Below, piece after piece: positions 13,501 through 25,140 of a stretch of 64,000 nucleotides of DNA; positions within the stretch are counted from its first letter, which is position 1; each line of letters begins with the position of its first letter. The stretch is from Gordius albopunctatus (Eukaryota), in contig OZ193910.1 of assembly GCA_964276515.1 (NCBI GenBank), positions 4,464,001 through 4,528,000 on the forward strand, written 5' to 3'. The notes beneath the pieces are model-generated. The model saw only the letters and a list, made by a program, of their open reading frames with translations, did no database searches and had not been told where the DNA came from. The position numbers and the translations under genes are program-made.

Positions 13501-15322
13501 TTTAAATGCTATAACTTATTTAAAAGCACGAGTTCAATTTTTTCTTGGTATTAAAAACGGGATTATATTAATATTAAAAAGTCGGTCGATTCAGTTAATT
13601 ACATAATATTACTATTATAATAAAAAAAATCACACAAAAATGGTCTGCTATAATGGCCAACAAAAAGCTCTTCTATTTTAAAATTATATTCTTGCTTTTT
13701 ACATAGATCTTAAGAAAACAAGATTATCCCTTTATTAACTAGTAATAATACGGCTTATTGATTAAAATAATGGCCCATTCCATGTCTATTCGTCAAAAAA
13801 AAGACGATTTTCGACCGACCATCTCAGATCAGGATAATTTTTGGCGATGGTGTAGGCCTCGTTTATTGGATTAATTTCTGAAAAGTTTAGCCATTTTGGG
13901 CAAATAATTTTTAAGTTAGGGCCAAAATCCCGTTAGGTAGCGTTTTATGGATTTTACCATATTTTTGAAAGTAATTGCGTTATTCACTCAGAAATTAATC
14001 CAATAAATGAGGCCTACACCTTCACCAAAAATTATCCTGATCTGAAATGGTTGGTCAAAAAGGTTTTGATTTGTTGTGGAATGATTTTTAGCAAACAAAA
14101 TTAAATTACTAAAATTTAATATCATTTATATTTTTTGATAACCAAATGTTTATTTTAGAGGCTTGCAAATGTAGTGTTTTCCATTTCGTTGTTTATAGCT
14201 TTTCTTGGCTCTTGAACCAAAAAAATCCAAGGCTAAATAAGTTGTGTTGGTTAACATATAAAATTGCTAAAAAGGTTTGCCTCAACAATATACATTATAA
14301 ATTCTTGCCTACTCACTTTTGATTTTCTTATAATAAACCTTGAAAAACAGGGTTTTTTATAAAACATAAACACTAACTTGGTATCTGTGATGATCCATAT
14401 GATATTTTTTAAAGGCAGCAGAATAAGGGATGGCTACAGGTAGGTTAGCAAATATTTCAAATAAACGATTCCTCCAAGCCCTGCAATGCCCAAAAGCCAT
14501 GTTGTGTGATATCTCATGGATAGCCAAAGTCATTGAATGATTTATTGTCTGGAGCCAGCAAACAAAAAATGACGATACAATTAAAATTATAATATGCTTT
14601 GTAAATTTTGTAACATGTTAGTAAATATTTAGAAAAACATGTTTAAAATTTGGCCCAAAAATGCTTATTAAAAATTCTAAAATTGTATTTGCCAGGTTAA
14701 TTGCTAGGGAATGAAATTAAGTTGTAAAATCAGGTATTTTAAAATTATAACAATTTAATATATATCTAGCTTATTATTTTAAAAACTAAGTTATAATTTA
14801 AATTACATTTACTCTTTAAATAGAGTTTAATTGATTATAATAAATTATAAAGTGTGTATGCTAAGTAATTTATAAAAATATGATGTTTTCCAGATATTTG
14901 TTTTAAAATCTAAATGATTGCTTCTATAATAAATTAATATTTAACTGATACTATATTCATTTCTTTTAATATCTAATAAAACTTCAAAAATAATCTTATA
15001 AAAACTTCTTATAAGATGCATTGCAAAAAAGTCAAAAAAATGACTTACTCCTCCTATAATGTATGCTAGCAGAACAACATAAAACCATGGCAAATCTCTA
15101 ATAAGATAGCAAGAAATAAATTGGAAAATCATCATAGCTATAACTATGTATTTCAGTCTTGTATCATGCCCCATTAACTTTTTTATTTCTGGATATTTTT
15201 CTATAAATTTATAGGCATATATGATTGGATACAAACATACGAAGAATTTCTTTTCTTCTCGTTGCATGAGGCTCGTCTGTATATACCCATTCAAAATCCG
15301 TCCTAGATACTTTCTGTCCCAT
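10558..15322 (-). CDS. DEGS1: Sphingolipid delta(4)-desaturase (DES1 family), 6 coding exons
   Basis: GT-AG exons 15322-15241, 15200-15049, 14548-14378, 13396-13032, 11727-11673, 10794-10558. N-terminus [27 protein letters not shown]; His boxes [35 protein letters not shown]. Confidence 0.95.
10833..11162. mobile_element. Tc1/pogo-type MITE in the last DEGS intron
   Basis: Degenerate TIRs cattcgaaacttcttaatcgcaaa / ttgcaattaaacggttttgactg flanked by TA; internal ttaatcgc repeats. Confidence 0.5.
11208..11359. mobile_element. PIF/Harbinger (Tourist-like) MITE
   Basis: TIR gggcttgtcttaatatcggatt / aatccgatattaagagaagccc; same TIR as 57367-57707, which has a TAA TSD. Confidence 0.75.
13808..14061. 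repeat. Foldback/MITE with ~75-bp inverted arms in DEGS intron 3
   Basis: 13808-13881 (cgaccgaccatctcagatcaggataatttttgg..ggattaatttctga) is a near reverse complement of 13988-14061. Confidence 0.8.
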
Positions 15323-15554
15323 TTTGAAGCAAGAAACGTGACTCCTCAAACGACGACGTTTCTCAAAACATATGTTCAAAAAGGCTTTTCATAACATAGC
15401 GATAGCATAGTCACCCAATCTATGAACGCTAAAAGATAGAAAATGTTTAGATTGAATATATAATTATATTTCTTTAGTTAAAATGAAGTGTGTAATCTAA
15501 AAATATAAAATCGATATTGACATAACGTAAGTTATGAGTTAAAATAAAGCCTAC

Positions 15555-17283
15555 CAGGGAAAGAGGGAATCCCGCCAGTATACCAACTGAACTCACTCAT
15601 TGCCGGATGGGCAAGCAAAATGAGTAGAATGGAAGCGCTTTTGGAGTCAAGGCTTCCGGGTCCCCCTACCGTTAGAGAAACAAGACGACCCCCACCACTG
15701 GATCGAAGAGACCACGCGACGTCGTCTCAAATGTATGAGTCGGTTTCAAGGTTGGAAGAAGAAAATATTGTTACAAAGTGCTACCGATGGGGCTGGATTC
15801 TCCCCCTACGTCTTACAGCAGATAATTCTGGACCTCTGCAGCAAATCCGTGACGACATGTCGATACAACGTATACTTGAACGACGTCCTAATATACGGGC
15901 CAACGTTCGAAGTGGTAAAAGAAAACACACGGCGTTTTTAAAGAATGTGCATTTTATATATTCATATCAACGAAAAGTTTTTTTTTAATTATTTTTTCTA
16001 TCTAGCGATTCATGATGATATACATCTATATTCCATAATATCTTGCGTATTTATGACATAAGGTTAACATATATAACATTTTGGGTTTCTTCCAAAATCT
16101 TTCTGTATCTTGATATCGCTCATACCAGAAGATTGATTAATGGTGCATGGATGTCATTAGAACCTTCATTACGAGATGTACACATTATAATTTTAGTGGA
16201 GGATTTTATTACTAGCATTTAATTTTATTTTGTCAGAGGGTTTATAACGTTTAACTAAGATAACATAACTTAATTCGGCATATAATTTAATATCGACATA
16301 TGCCACAGTGCACTTACTGGAGCTTAACGATCAATTACGCAAAATTGATCACCATACCTACACAGCAACTGTCTTACCTGGGAATAGACATTAACCTGGT
16401 TAGACACCAGCTCAACATAAACGATAAGTTTTTCGAAAAGATCGACTCGGCCGTTAACATAATGACGCATTTCATCCAAAGTAACACAAAACCTCATCCT
16501 CTGGTATCCCAAATCTGCCTAGGAATTCTAACACACTATATCTACATGGTTACGGGATGGTCCAAATTCCTCTCCCCCTGGTATAACCTGTTTCTAGGAA
16601 ATACGCCCACCACCTTCAACAACCATTGGATGAAGATCAAACTGTTGGAACTACGAGATTGTCTAACCTTCCCCTTCCCGATGCAGATCACGCTATCTCA
16701 CGTAGTGGCTGCGGATGCGTCCACATCTCATCTGGGTATCGCATTCAGGGGCTCGGTGATGTCAATTTCGAAAGCCGACGCCATGGGGGCATTCAGGTGC
16801 CACTCCTTCATACCCACAATTAACCTCCTTGAGATACTGGCAATTCCCCTTGCACTCCTCAGAGTGGAGAGTGAATTCCCAAATATAAAACCGAAAATTT
16901 TTACCGACTCCAAGACAGCCTTTTACATCTTCAAAAAAATATCGGCTCACGCATCCCACCTAGAGGAAGCCTTTACCAAAATATTCCACTATATTGGAGG
17001 AGACAGGATGACAACTATCAATCAGGGTCCCTTAGAGGTGTGCACGGATCAAATTTTTTTGATCCGATCCGAGGGGTTTTTGAAAAATTTCATATCCATC
17101 CGATCCGAGTTTTTTAAAATCTAAATCCGATCCGAGTTTTGACGGATCGGATCGAATGTCGGATCGGATTGATCCGTGCACACCTCTAGGGTCCCTATAG
17201 ATTCCAATCCGGCAGACTTCCCGTCCAGAACGTGGTTACCGGACCAAAACAGATGGAACGACATTAGGGGTTTGATACTCTAA
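15555..17283 (+). mobile_element. Decayed hepadnavirus-like (HEART/DIRS-related) retroelement, copy 1: RT + RNase H
   Basis: YCYKVLPMG/AGFSPYVLQQ..YNVYLNDVLIYG (1-nt frameshift; YLDD changed to YLND). AT-rich insertion ~15942-16300. Then WSLTINYAK..LSYLGI..QICLGILTHY..FLSPWY; RNase H VAADASTSH, INLLEILAI, IKPKIFTDS. After removing the 17033 MITE and a 4-nt duplication it reads RVPIDSNPADFPSR..., stop at 17281-17283. Confidence 0.8.
17033..17188. mobile_element. hAT-type MITE inserted in the RNase H of the hepadna-like element
   Basis: Perfect 20-bp TIR tagaggtgtgcacggatcaa; perfect 8-bp TSD gggtccct at 17025-17032 and 17189-17196; internal gatcc/ggatc repeats. Confidence 0.92.
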
Positions 17284-17428
17284 GCGAAAGTTCGGAACGT
17301 CGCGACCAGAACTACAACCGGAGTGCCAGTGGCTTAAAGACCCAGGTTTATCCTAAGAAACACAGTATAATTGAGAGCCCCTAAATTCCTCAATTATCTT
17401 GTTTCTCTCTCGCTTACTGTCTCTGCGC

Positions 17429-17581
17429 TAGAGCCCTGCAAAGTCACATTTTTTCAACCCGAACCCGACCCGAAAGCGTTTTTAATTTTTCAACCCGAAC
17501 CCGACCCGAAACTATTATAAAATTTTCAACCCGACCCGAAGGTATTTTAAAATTTTCAACCGTAACCCGTGCAGGGCTCTA
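17429..17581. mobile_element. hAT-type MITE
   Basis: Perfect TIR tagagccctgca; perfect 8-bp TSD ctctgcgc at 17421-17428 and 17582-17589; internal ttttcaacccga repeats. Confidence 0.92.
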
Positions 17582-18082
17582 CTCTGCGCCACTCTTGGTA
17601 ACATCTCTGAACTTTCGCTTAATCGTTTATATAATACCCATAAATAATCGCGTTATATATATATGTTTCTAACATACTCGCATATTGATCTTGTTATCAC
17701 ATGAGGAAATATATAAAATAAAATAAAGTATAGAGGTGGGAGATATTACAATATTTATTTTTTTATCAAAATTCTACTTTGAAATATATTTTTATATATC
17801 TTAACTATTATCAGAAAAAACTCCATGTTTACAAACACTTTATAATGTTTCCATATCACAAAAGGTAAGCAATGTATACCTTACAAGTTTTAATATGACC
17901 TTTGTTGAATCCTTTGAGCCTTTTTTCTCCAATATCATACAATTAATAATACTTTTCCCAGATACTCTTTTGTATTATTAAACCTGCAAAATTCTTATAA
18001 ATCATACAGCTTTAAAATTTAAAATAATTCCAACTTTAATTTTAATTATTCAACCTCATCAAGGTTTTCTTTTATTCCACAT

Positions 18083-21000
18083 ATGTTAATCTCTAAACCC
18101 CTATGCCCAACTTGTAAGCGACGAATATGCCTTGATAAACACAATTGTTTCTGGATTCATGGCCCAGTGTCTTCAAAATGCCCTTCTTCAGCCAAATTAC
18201 TTCCACCCTGCTTACCAATTCCACCCCTGGCTTCTAACTTTGAAGAGGCTCCCCTTTTGCCAATCCCTAGCCCCGTCATCCCCCATCCTTACAATGCTCC
18301 CCATCAATTAATCAATCGCCTGACTCATCTTGGAGCAATTCTTTTTTAACAAATCCATTTCCTAATACTATCTCTAGAATCCCAAGAGGAGCCAGACCTT
18401 CCATCCAACAATCTCTGCTAAATATATTCACTTCTATTATCAAAAACCCTTATAACTTAACTAATTGGGACAAACTTTTTAAATTCCCATATTATATCCT
18501 TTATGTTAGGGAACCTAATGAACATAATTTATCAAGCCTCATCAAAGAATCCCTTCTGTGTTTTAATACTGATGATCCCATTACATGCACAAGTAAAACG
18601 AAACCCTTTCCACTGGAATTCACAATTAACCAAACAGCCAAGCACATTTCAAATAAAATCCATAATTTCAATCCAAAAAGTGCCCTTAGAGCTTTTTATG
18701 ATAACAACTCAATTGCCCCTTGTTGCCCTGACTCTTATAGGGAGCTTAATCAAAAACAGCCACCAGCATCCTCAGCCAGTAAATAACCCATAATCTTAAA
18801 TAAATTTGCAATAGGAAAACCAATTTTGTCAAACTAAGTAAAAATATAGTGGTCAGCTATAAAATTCAAGGCAGTATTAAGTCTTTTAAATTGATTATTA
18901 CGATTTTGTTTATTTGTTAGCGAAAATTACCATTTCCTATAAAATCGCTATAATTAAGCGGGTTTTAAATCTAAATAATGCAATCGTACAGACCTGGTTT
19001 CAATTTATAGCCTTTATATTAGTTTCAATAAATTATAAAAATAGTTCTAAATATATTTAATAAATTTAATATCTAAACGTTAAATAAATTTAGCCATACA
19101 ACATGAAATTGTTTTTGATTGCTAATCAATCTAGAAAAAAAAATAACAAAATTAATTTTTATACCCACTAATCCAATAGCGTGACAGAAGTTTTCTCCAA
19201 TTTTAAGGTAAATTACATTTTAGTTAAAATACTAACATTTAACTTAATTTATAACTTTTCAAACCTAACTTTTTATGAATCTAAAAATATAATTTAACAT
19301 GCAAATAACTAACTAATAACGTTTTTGATATTAAAATTTAATCATATATCGTACCTGCCAAAGCATGAAAATGTTATTTTTTAATTATCAATAACGACAA
19401 AGTGGTTGAAAAAATTTAAGATTAAAAATTATTTTACCTTAATTTTCATGATATAAAGATCGAAAATCCATTTTAATAAGCCTTAATTTTTTTCCAGTAT
19501 TAGCTCTATAAATTTTTAAATAGTATTCATTATCGATGAAACCTAATAACAATTCGATGTTATAAACGCATAGCTATGGTGTAGAATAGTGAGGATCAAA
19601 ACCTAGGTTTTGATCAGGCAACCGATGACGCCATCTATATGTTTATAAATTTTGATAAACATATCCCAACACTTTACTCTCGCGCAGTTGGAACCTTTGC
19701 TACTCGTTGCTGTAAATTTTTAACCCTTTCCCCCATTATTGTTTATGTCAAGAAAGGTCTTTCAGGCCCCCAACACTATTGACTTTCCAATTTTTAAACC
19801 TTTTTTAGTTTTAGAGAAGGAAAACATATCCTTTTTGGGATCACCCATTGGCGGTGAAAAATCTCTCTTAAATTTTCTTCATAAGAACCTTGAAATTTTA
19901 AAATCTAAAACGGAACTTTTAAAATGCTTGCCAGCGCATCACTCATTTTACATAATCAAAAACTATTTTAACATCTAAAAGATTAATCATTGTTTTCGCT
20001 CATCTGGCGCATTTTTACACCCAGACGTTTTAAAGTCGTACGAAGGCTTTTTAAAAACGTTATTAGAAAAAATTTAAAATTTAATACTAACAATTGGATT
20101 CAAACATCCCTCCCAACCAAATCTGGAGGATTAGGAATTCGCCCTCCCGGCAGCATATCGCTAGCCGCTTTTATTTCCTTTTTTAAGTCGGTCCAAAACT
20201 TAATTTTTAATCTCATAAAACATGATTCCGACCCCCTGCTAACTCAAGCCTTGGAGCTTTGGAATTTGAATGTCACACCCGAGACCATCCAACCTCAAAG
20301 TACGAGACAAAAGGATTGGGATTCTGGACTAGTATCGCGCTCCGTTGATTACCTCTTATCGAGCAGCGATGATAGCCAGCATTACAACCTTAGGTCCCTC
20401 GCTTTTGACGGTTCCGGTCACGAGTGGCTTGAAGCCTATCCCAGCAAACTTTTGGGAATGCTGCTTGAAGACTTTGAGCTATCATATTCCATAGCTTTAA
20501 GGTTGGGGATTAGTTACAGCAGAGAATTCAACTGTCAAAACTGCCTTACCGTTGTAGACGAATATGCTAGGCACCCTCTACACTGCCTAGCAAACAAATA
20601 TAAATACGTTAGGCACACTAAAGCTAATTTATTAATTCAAGCTGCCCTTAAAAAGGCCAAAATCCCCTCAATCCTTGAGCCGTCCGAGACCTCCCTTGAA
20701 GGTAGGATGCGCCCTGACGGCTCTTCTCTAGTCCCCTGGCAAAATGGCTTATCCCTCAAATGGGATTTTACTTGTATTGACCTTTTTGCATCTTCCCATT
20801 TTAATTACGACCCTATTGCTACAGAAGAAGGGCGTAAAACTACAAAGTATTCTGCCCTTTTGGCATCCAATATTTTTATCCCTGTCGTTGCCACGTGCTC
20901 CGGTTCCTTTGGCAAACAGGCAATGGGGTTTTTTAAAGAAATCGGAAAACGCACCCCGAAATCTAAAATTTCTGCGTCCTTTTTACTCAGGCAACAACTA

Positions 21001-21169
21001 GGGATTCTTGTTGCACGATACAACTTTAAATCCTTTGCCGACTGATGGCCCATTTTAGAAGAGAATGATATAAATCTTTGTATTTAACCAATATGTCTTT
21101 ATTTTTGTATTTCGCTTATTAATGTAACTTTGTTTCTTGAAAATAAACTTTTTAACAAAAAAAAAAAAA
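18083..21169 (+). mobile_element. Decayed CRE-like non-LTR retrotransposon with restriction-like endonuclease; RT core deleted or replaced
   Basis: N-terminal SRIPRGAR..NWDKLFKFP and KSALRAF..ELNQKQPPA (18361-18790). AT-rich interruption to ~19700. Then FLGSPIGG, QTSLPTKSGGLGIR, CCHC knuckle CQNC..HPLHC..RH, and RLE motifs RPDG..WDFTC..KYS..FIPV. AATAAA at 21142 and poly(A) at 21157-21169. Confidence 0.85.
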
Positions 21170-21252
21170 GAAAGGTCCCCTCTAAAAGTGTAGACGATAT
21201 CCCCTTAAGTAAATTCTTTTCCAAGTCTACGTCCCAAATCAACACCCCCAGC

Positions 21253-21835
21253 AACATGAATTCCCCAAATGGCAAAGAGTTCATCGCCGCGAAATCAGGG
21301 GGCAACGCCAAGGATTCGGATTCGGCAATGAGGCTAATCCTGAATAGGCTAGCCGAGATGGACGCAAAGATCGACAACAGGCTTTTGGGAACTATCGGAG
21401 AAACGATCAATGCGGATGATCGGCCGCATTGGGCATCTGCCTAGTGAAAGGGCTAGGGCTGCGAACGTTCCCAGTTCCAATTTTGAAATCCTAAAACTTC
21501 GCCTCAAGGGTTTGAGGGAAGCCATCGAGACGAACTATTCCATGCCGGCACATCAGAAACATGAGGCCGAATTTCTTCTCAGCTTAGGAGATTCCATCAA
21601 CGATTACGACAAAACAATAGACAAGTTCTCGGACTGAGTCCGCACTATAGCCATGGCCTCATATTATGGGTGGCAAGCAGTGACGGGCAAGTCAAGGGAT
21701 TGGGCTGAAAAGATGGGCATGGGCCAATACACGGAGACCGTGCAGCTTTTTAGACAGACTCCTCGGTTCAATGCTCCGAGGAAGAAGGGCTCTTACCAAA
21801 AAGGGCAGGCTCCGTCTAGGACGGAGCGAACGTGA
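21253..21835 (+). pseudogene. gag/core-like ORF (~190 aa; one frameshift, one stop) of the hepadna-like element
   Basis: Three ORF pieces join into MNSPNGK..RLAEMDAKIDNRLLG / ..NFEILKLRLKGLRE..FSD*VRTIAMASYYGWQAV..PRKKGSYQKG. The R..MA..YGW.AV motif recalls DIRS-type Gag; the tail is basic; the 3' end overlaps the start of the pol frame. Confidence 0.55.
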
Positions 21836-22573
21836 ACACGTTAGGACGGTAGCGGCGACCCTCGGCAGCGGTGTTAACCCGCCGAGGTCGGTGAGGGGTG
21901 GTACTATTCCTTCATGGCTTAATAACTACACTGCTATTGCTAGGAATATCGCTGTAAATTCCATCTCTCCCGACGATGGCCCGGAGTTGGAGGAGCCGAT
22001 TTATCCTTCCAACGCGCCGCTACCCGAGCGTACTAATGTGCCGGGGCATCTCCTGGAACAATAGACGGAGGTGGGTCTGGATAGCGACAGCCCACCTATC
22101 ATTAGCGAACCGTCTAATATCCCCTCTTTCCCCTCTCATCCCCTCTCCTCGTTTACTAACTTTATTCGACCATTATCCATTCGGACAACGATCCTCAGAC
22201 CCCACTACATGCAGTCTCGTTTTACCCATAACATCGCCAAACACGGGTTTAAACCCAGATTGTCCCGGGTAGCCATCGCAGCAAACAACGGACGTTATCA
22301 CATCCCACGTTATGTAAAAGCTATCCCCCCAGAACACAAAAGACTTGTGGACGAAGTTATCCTTAGCAATGTGGTTCGGAAGAATTCTTTGGCTATCCCC
22401 TCCCCCATGGACTTTATCCCGAAGAGCGATGGGTCACCCCGTCTGATTGCCGACCTGTCGCAAGTCTCAAAGAACTTCGTCAAGTATCCATTCACCCTTA
22501 AATCCATACCCCTGATCGCATCCTCCTTGTCGGACTCGCTCTTCATGACCAAAATCGATATGAAGTCGGCGTT
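21771..22573 (+). pseudogene. pol N-terminal part (pre-RT region and first RT motifs)
   Basis: ORFs 21771-22064 and 22071-22691 share a frame across one TAG; motifs FTHNIAKHGFKP, SPMDFIPKSDGSPRLIADLSQVSK, MTKIDMKSAL. Confidence 0.8.
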
Positions 22574-22582
22574 GGGCCTCGA

Positions 22583-23694
22583 TCACATGCTTCGTATCAA
22601 ACAGAACCTCGAATGGGTAGGAACCGAGCAGATCTTGGTGAAAGCGAGCTCCAAGTGTGGTGCGTGCGCTGCTCCTTTCTTGATTATATAGAACGCGGTC
22701 TTGGAATCGGTGAGTACCCTTGGTGTAATGTGTGGGGTGTCCACCAGGGCTTTAATATATGCCAGGGGGATAGCAATGAGCTTGAGGAGGTTGATCGTGG
22801 GGATTAGATCGTGGCAGCCGATGACAGCCAACGCATCTCCCTTGGCGACGGAGAGGATGGATCCTCTGTAGAATAAGCCAATGTGTGATGTGGAGGCGTC
22901 TCCGGCTGTGAAACCGTTGGGGTCGTGTTTCATGTTGAAGGGTATTGACAGATGGTTTTGAACCATGAGAACTTTTTTGATCAGCCAGTCCGTGTGGAAA
23001 GCTATAGGATCTCCCGATAGAAGAATGTTATAAGCTGGTGACAGGAACTTGGACCATCCTGTGAGCATATAAATGTAATGCGTGAGAATTGCCAAGCAGG
23101 TTTGTGTTACTAAGGGATGAGGCTTAGTGCCCGTCAGGATGAAGTGGCTTATTATCTGGATCGCTGCGTCGATTTTGGAGATGAATTTTGGATTTACCCT
23201 AAGCGTTTTTTGTTCCAAATCTACCCTAATACCCAGGTAGTCAAGGACCGTGAGCGGCTCCAAGCATGATTTACTACGGTTAATCGTCAGATTCCAAGAC
23301 TTTGCCATGTATAGGAACCTCCGTGTATCGGCTTTTACCAAGGTACTTGAGCGTCCGTATATCAATATATCATCTAAGTACACGTTGTATTTACTTTTCG
23401 TGACCGATTTTTTGCATAAATCCAGCATAACTTGTTGTAGAAAGAAAGGGGAGAATCCAGCACCTATGGGGAGTACCCTGTAAGAATATTTTTGTCTCCT
23501 ATACCGAAACCCAAAGAATTTGGAAGACTCGGGGGCCAGTGGAATGGAGAATAACGCCGACTTCATATCGATTTTGGTCATGAAGAGCGAGTCCGACAAT
23601 GAGGATGCGATCAGGGGTATGGATTTAAGGGTGAATGGATACTTGACGAAGTTCTATGAGACTTGCGACAGGTCGGTAATCAGACGGGGTGACC
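22583..23694 (-). pseudogene. pol RT core + RNase H (inverted segment)
   Basis: KIDMKSALFSIPL, YRVLPIGAGFSPFFLQQ, VYLDDILIYG, LDYLGI, TAGDASTSH, INLLKLIAI, ITPRVLTDS; collinear with copy 1. Confidence 0.9.
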
Positions 23695-23695
23695 A

Positions 23696-23939
23696 TGCGT
23701 TGTGTACGCGTATACAAAATTCAATGATGCGTGTTGATAAATAATAATATATGGGGGAAAGAAATAACAAACACGTACAAGCACTATTTCGTTAATTAGT
23801 ACAAAAGAACTAAGGAATTAAAGAAGGATAATATAAAAAGTTATCGATAAACTACGCGTTGTGTACGCGTATACAAAATTCAATGATGCGTGTTGATAAA
23901 TAATAATATATGGGGAAGAAATTAAAAACACGTACAAGC
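23696..23939. repeat. Direct repeat, two ~85-bp copies about 159 bp apart
   Basis: gcgttgtgtacgcgtatacaaaattcaatgatgcgtgttgataaataataatatatgggg..cacgtacaagc at ~23696-23782 and ~23855-23939. Confidence 0.9.
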
Positions 23940-24779
23940 GCTTGGGGGGGGGAGGAAAGTAACATACATCTAAGGGAAATTAAATGGAAAGGAAAGGAAG
24001 TATACCACAAACGTTGTTTTGCTATATAAATTATTTCTAGAAAATACTATAAGTGATGTGCATGCTCATCGTTATGCCTCGATCATATAATGAGCGATTA
24101 AAATATTATTGTCCTATGGGAAATAATTCACGAACTTAATGTAGAGAGAATTAACACGCTAAATACAAAATATATACACATAAAGCAAAGTACTTAACAT
24201 CAAATTTTTTATTGCTTTGCTTTACACATTTTGCCTATATAAATTTACTGTCAAATAAATTAATACATGCCTAAAGAATTATTTAATTTGTAAATTGCCA
24301 CATATTTGTTTTTTTTATCAAAGGTGCTAAAAACATTTTTTGGTCCTACCGCAAAATCACGATTCTGGCAAATGGCCGTTTTCGGGCTTCAATCATAACC
24401 ACAACCCGCCCTCAAAATCGGTTTTATTTTTAAGCCTGAACATATTTTAGCGCGTCCAGCTTTTCTCTTATTTGGGCAAACTAAAATTCTGCTTACATCA
24501 GCTTAGAAACTTTAGGTATATCATTGGCCGCCAAACGAGCCTTATTGCAATAGGGTCTCATTGTTATCATGTTTTGCTGATATATTGTGTAGTTTAAGCC
24601 AACAGGTACCATTATAGATGTAGCCCGACCATTTACCCTCAATTTTTCCTCCTTTAATTTTTACTATTGCTTAAATTGCATAGAAAATGAATGCTCCCAT
24701 ATTAAGGGGCGGAGCCCCTTGAGTAAGGTTTAGAGGGGTAGCCCCAGTCGGGGTACAGGGGTGAGTCCCTTTGTTTGAA

Positions 24780-25140
24780 TCTTCTTCTATCAGTTATATG
24801 GTCCAACGGTCGTGGGGTTTGTTTTGATAAGTTTCTTGCATCTTGACCGGTTGAGTGCCATGTCTTGACTACTCTTTAGTTTTCATAACTTTATCGCCTT
24901 GCCCGTTCCATGTGACATGGGGTCGTCCTCTTCCTCTCTGTCATTCGTGTCCCCCTTAGTATATCTTCATACCACCTTAACCGATTTTTGTTAATCATGT
25001 CCGCTATAGGTTGAATATTCATTTTTGTAATGAGAAAGTCATTCGTCATATGGTCGAGCTTAGTTTACGCCAAGCTCCACCGTAGAATTCTCATCTCTGT
25101 GGCTTTTATAAGCTTTCCTTCCCTGGTGTTTAATGCCGAT
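24780..25140 (-). mobile_element. Degraded RTE 3' fragment
   Basis: cttcttct tail plus degenerate EMRILRWSL..LDHMTND and RGRP..W coding similarity to the 3' end of the 6643-9733 element. Confidence 0.7.

Larger units (their letters stand above)
21170..23694. mobile_element. Hepadnavirus-like (HEART/DIRS-related) retroelement, copy 2, with internal inversion
   Basis: Plus strand: gag-like ORF, then an overlapping pol frame reaching PKSDGSPRLIADLSQVSK..KIDMKSAL. The rest of pol lies inverted on the minus strand, 23694 to 22574. Confidence 0.85.

Noticed and set aside
21976..22272. Overlapping ORF as a possible hepadnaviral surface/envelope gene
   Set aside because: Only 98 aa, lacks convincing transmembrane segments and does not extend across the RT.
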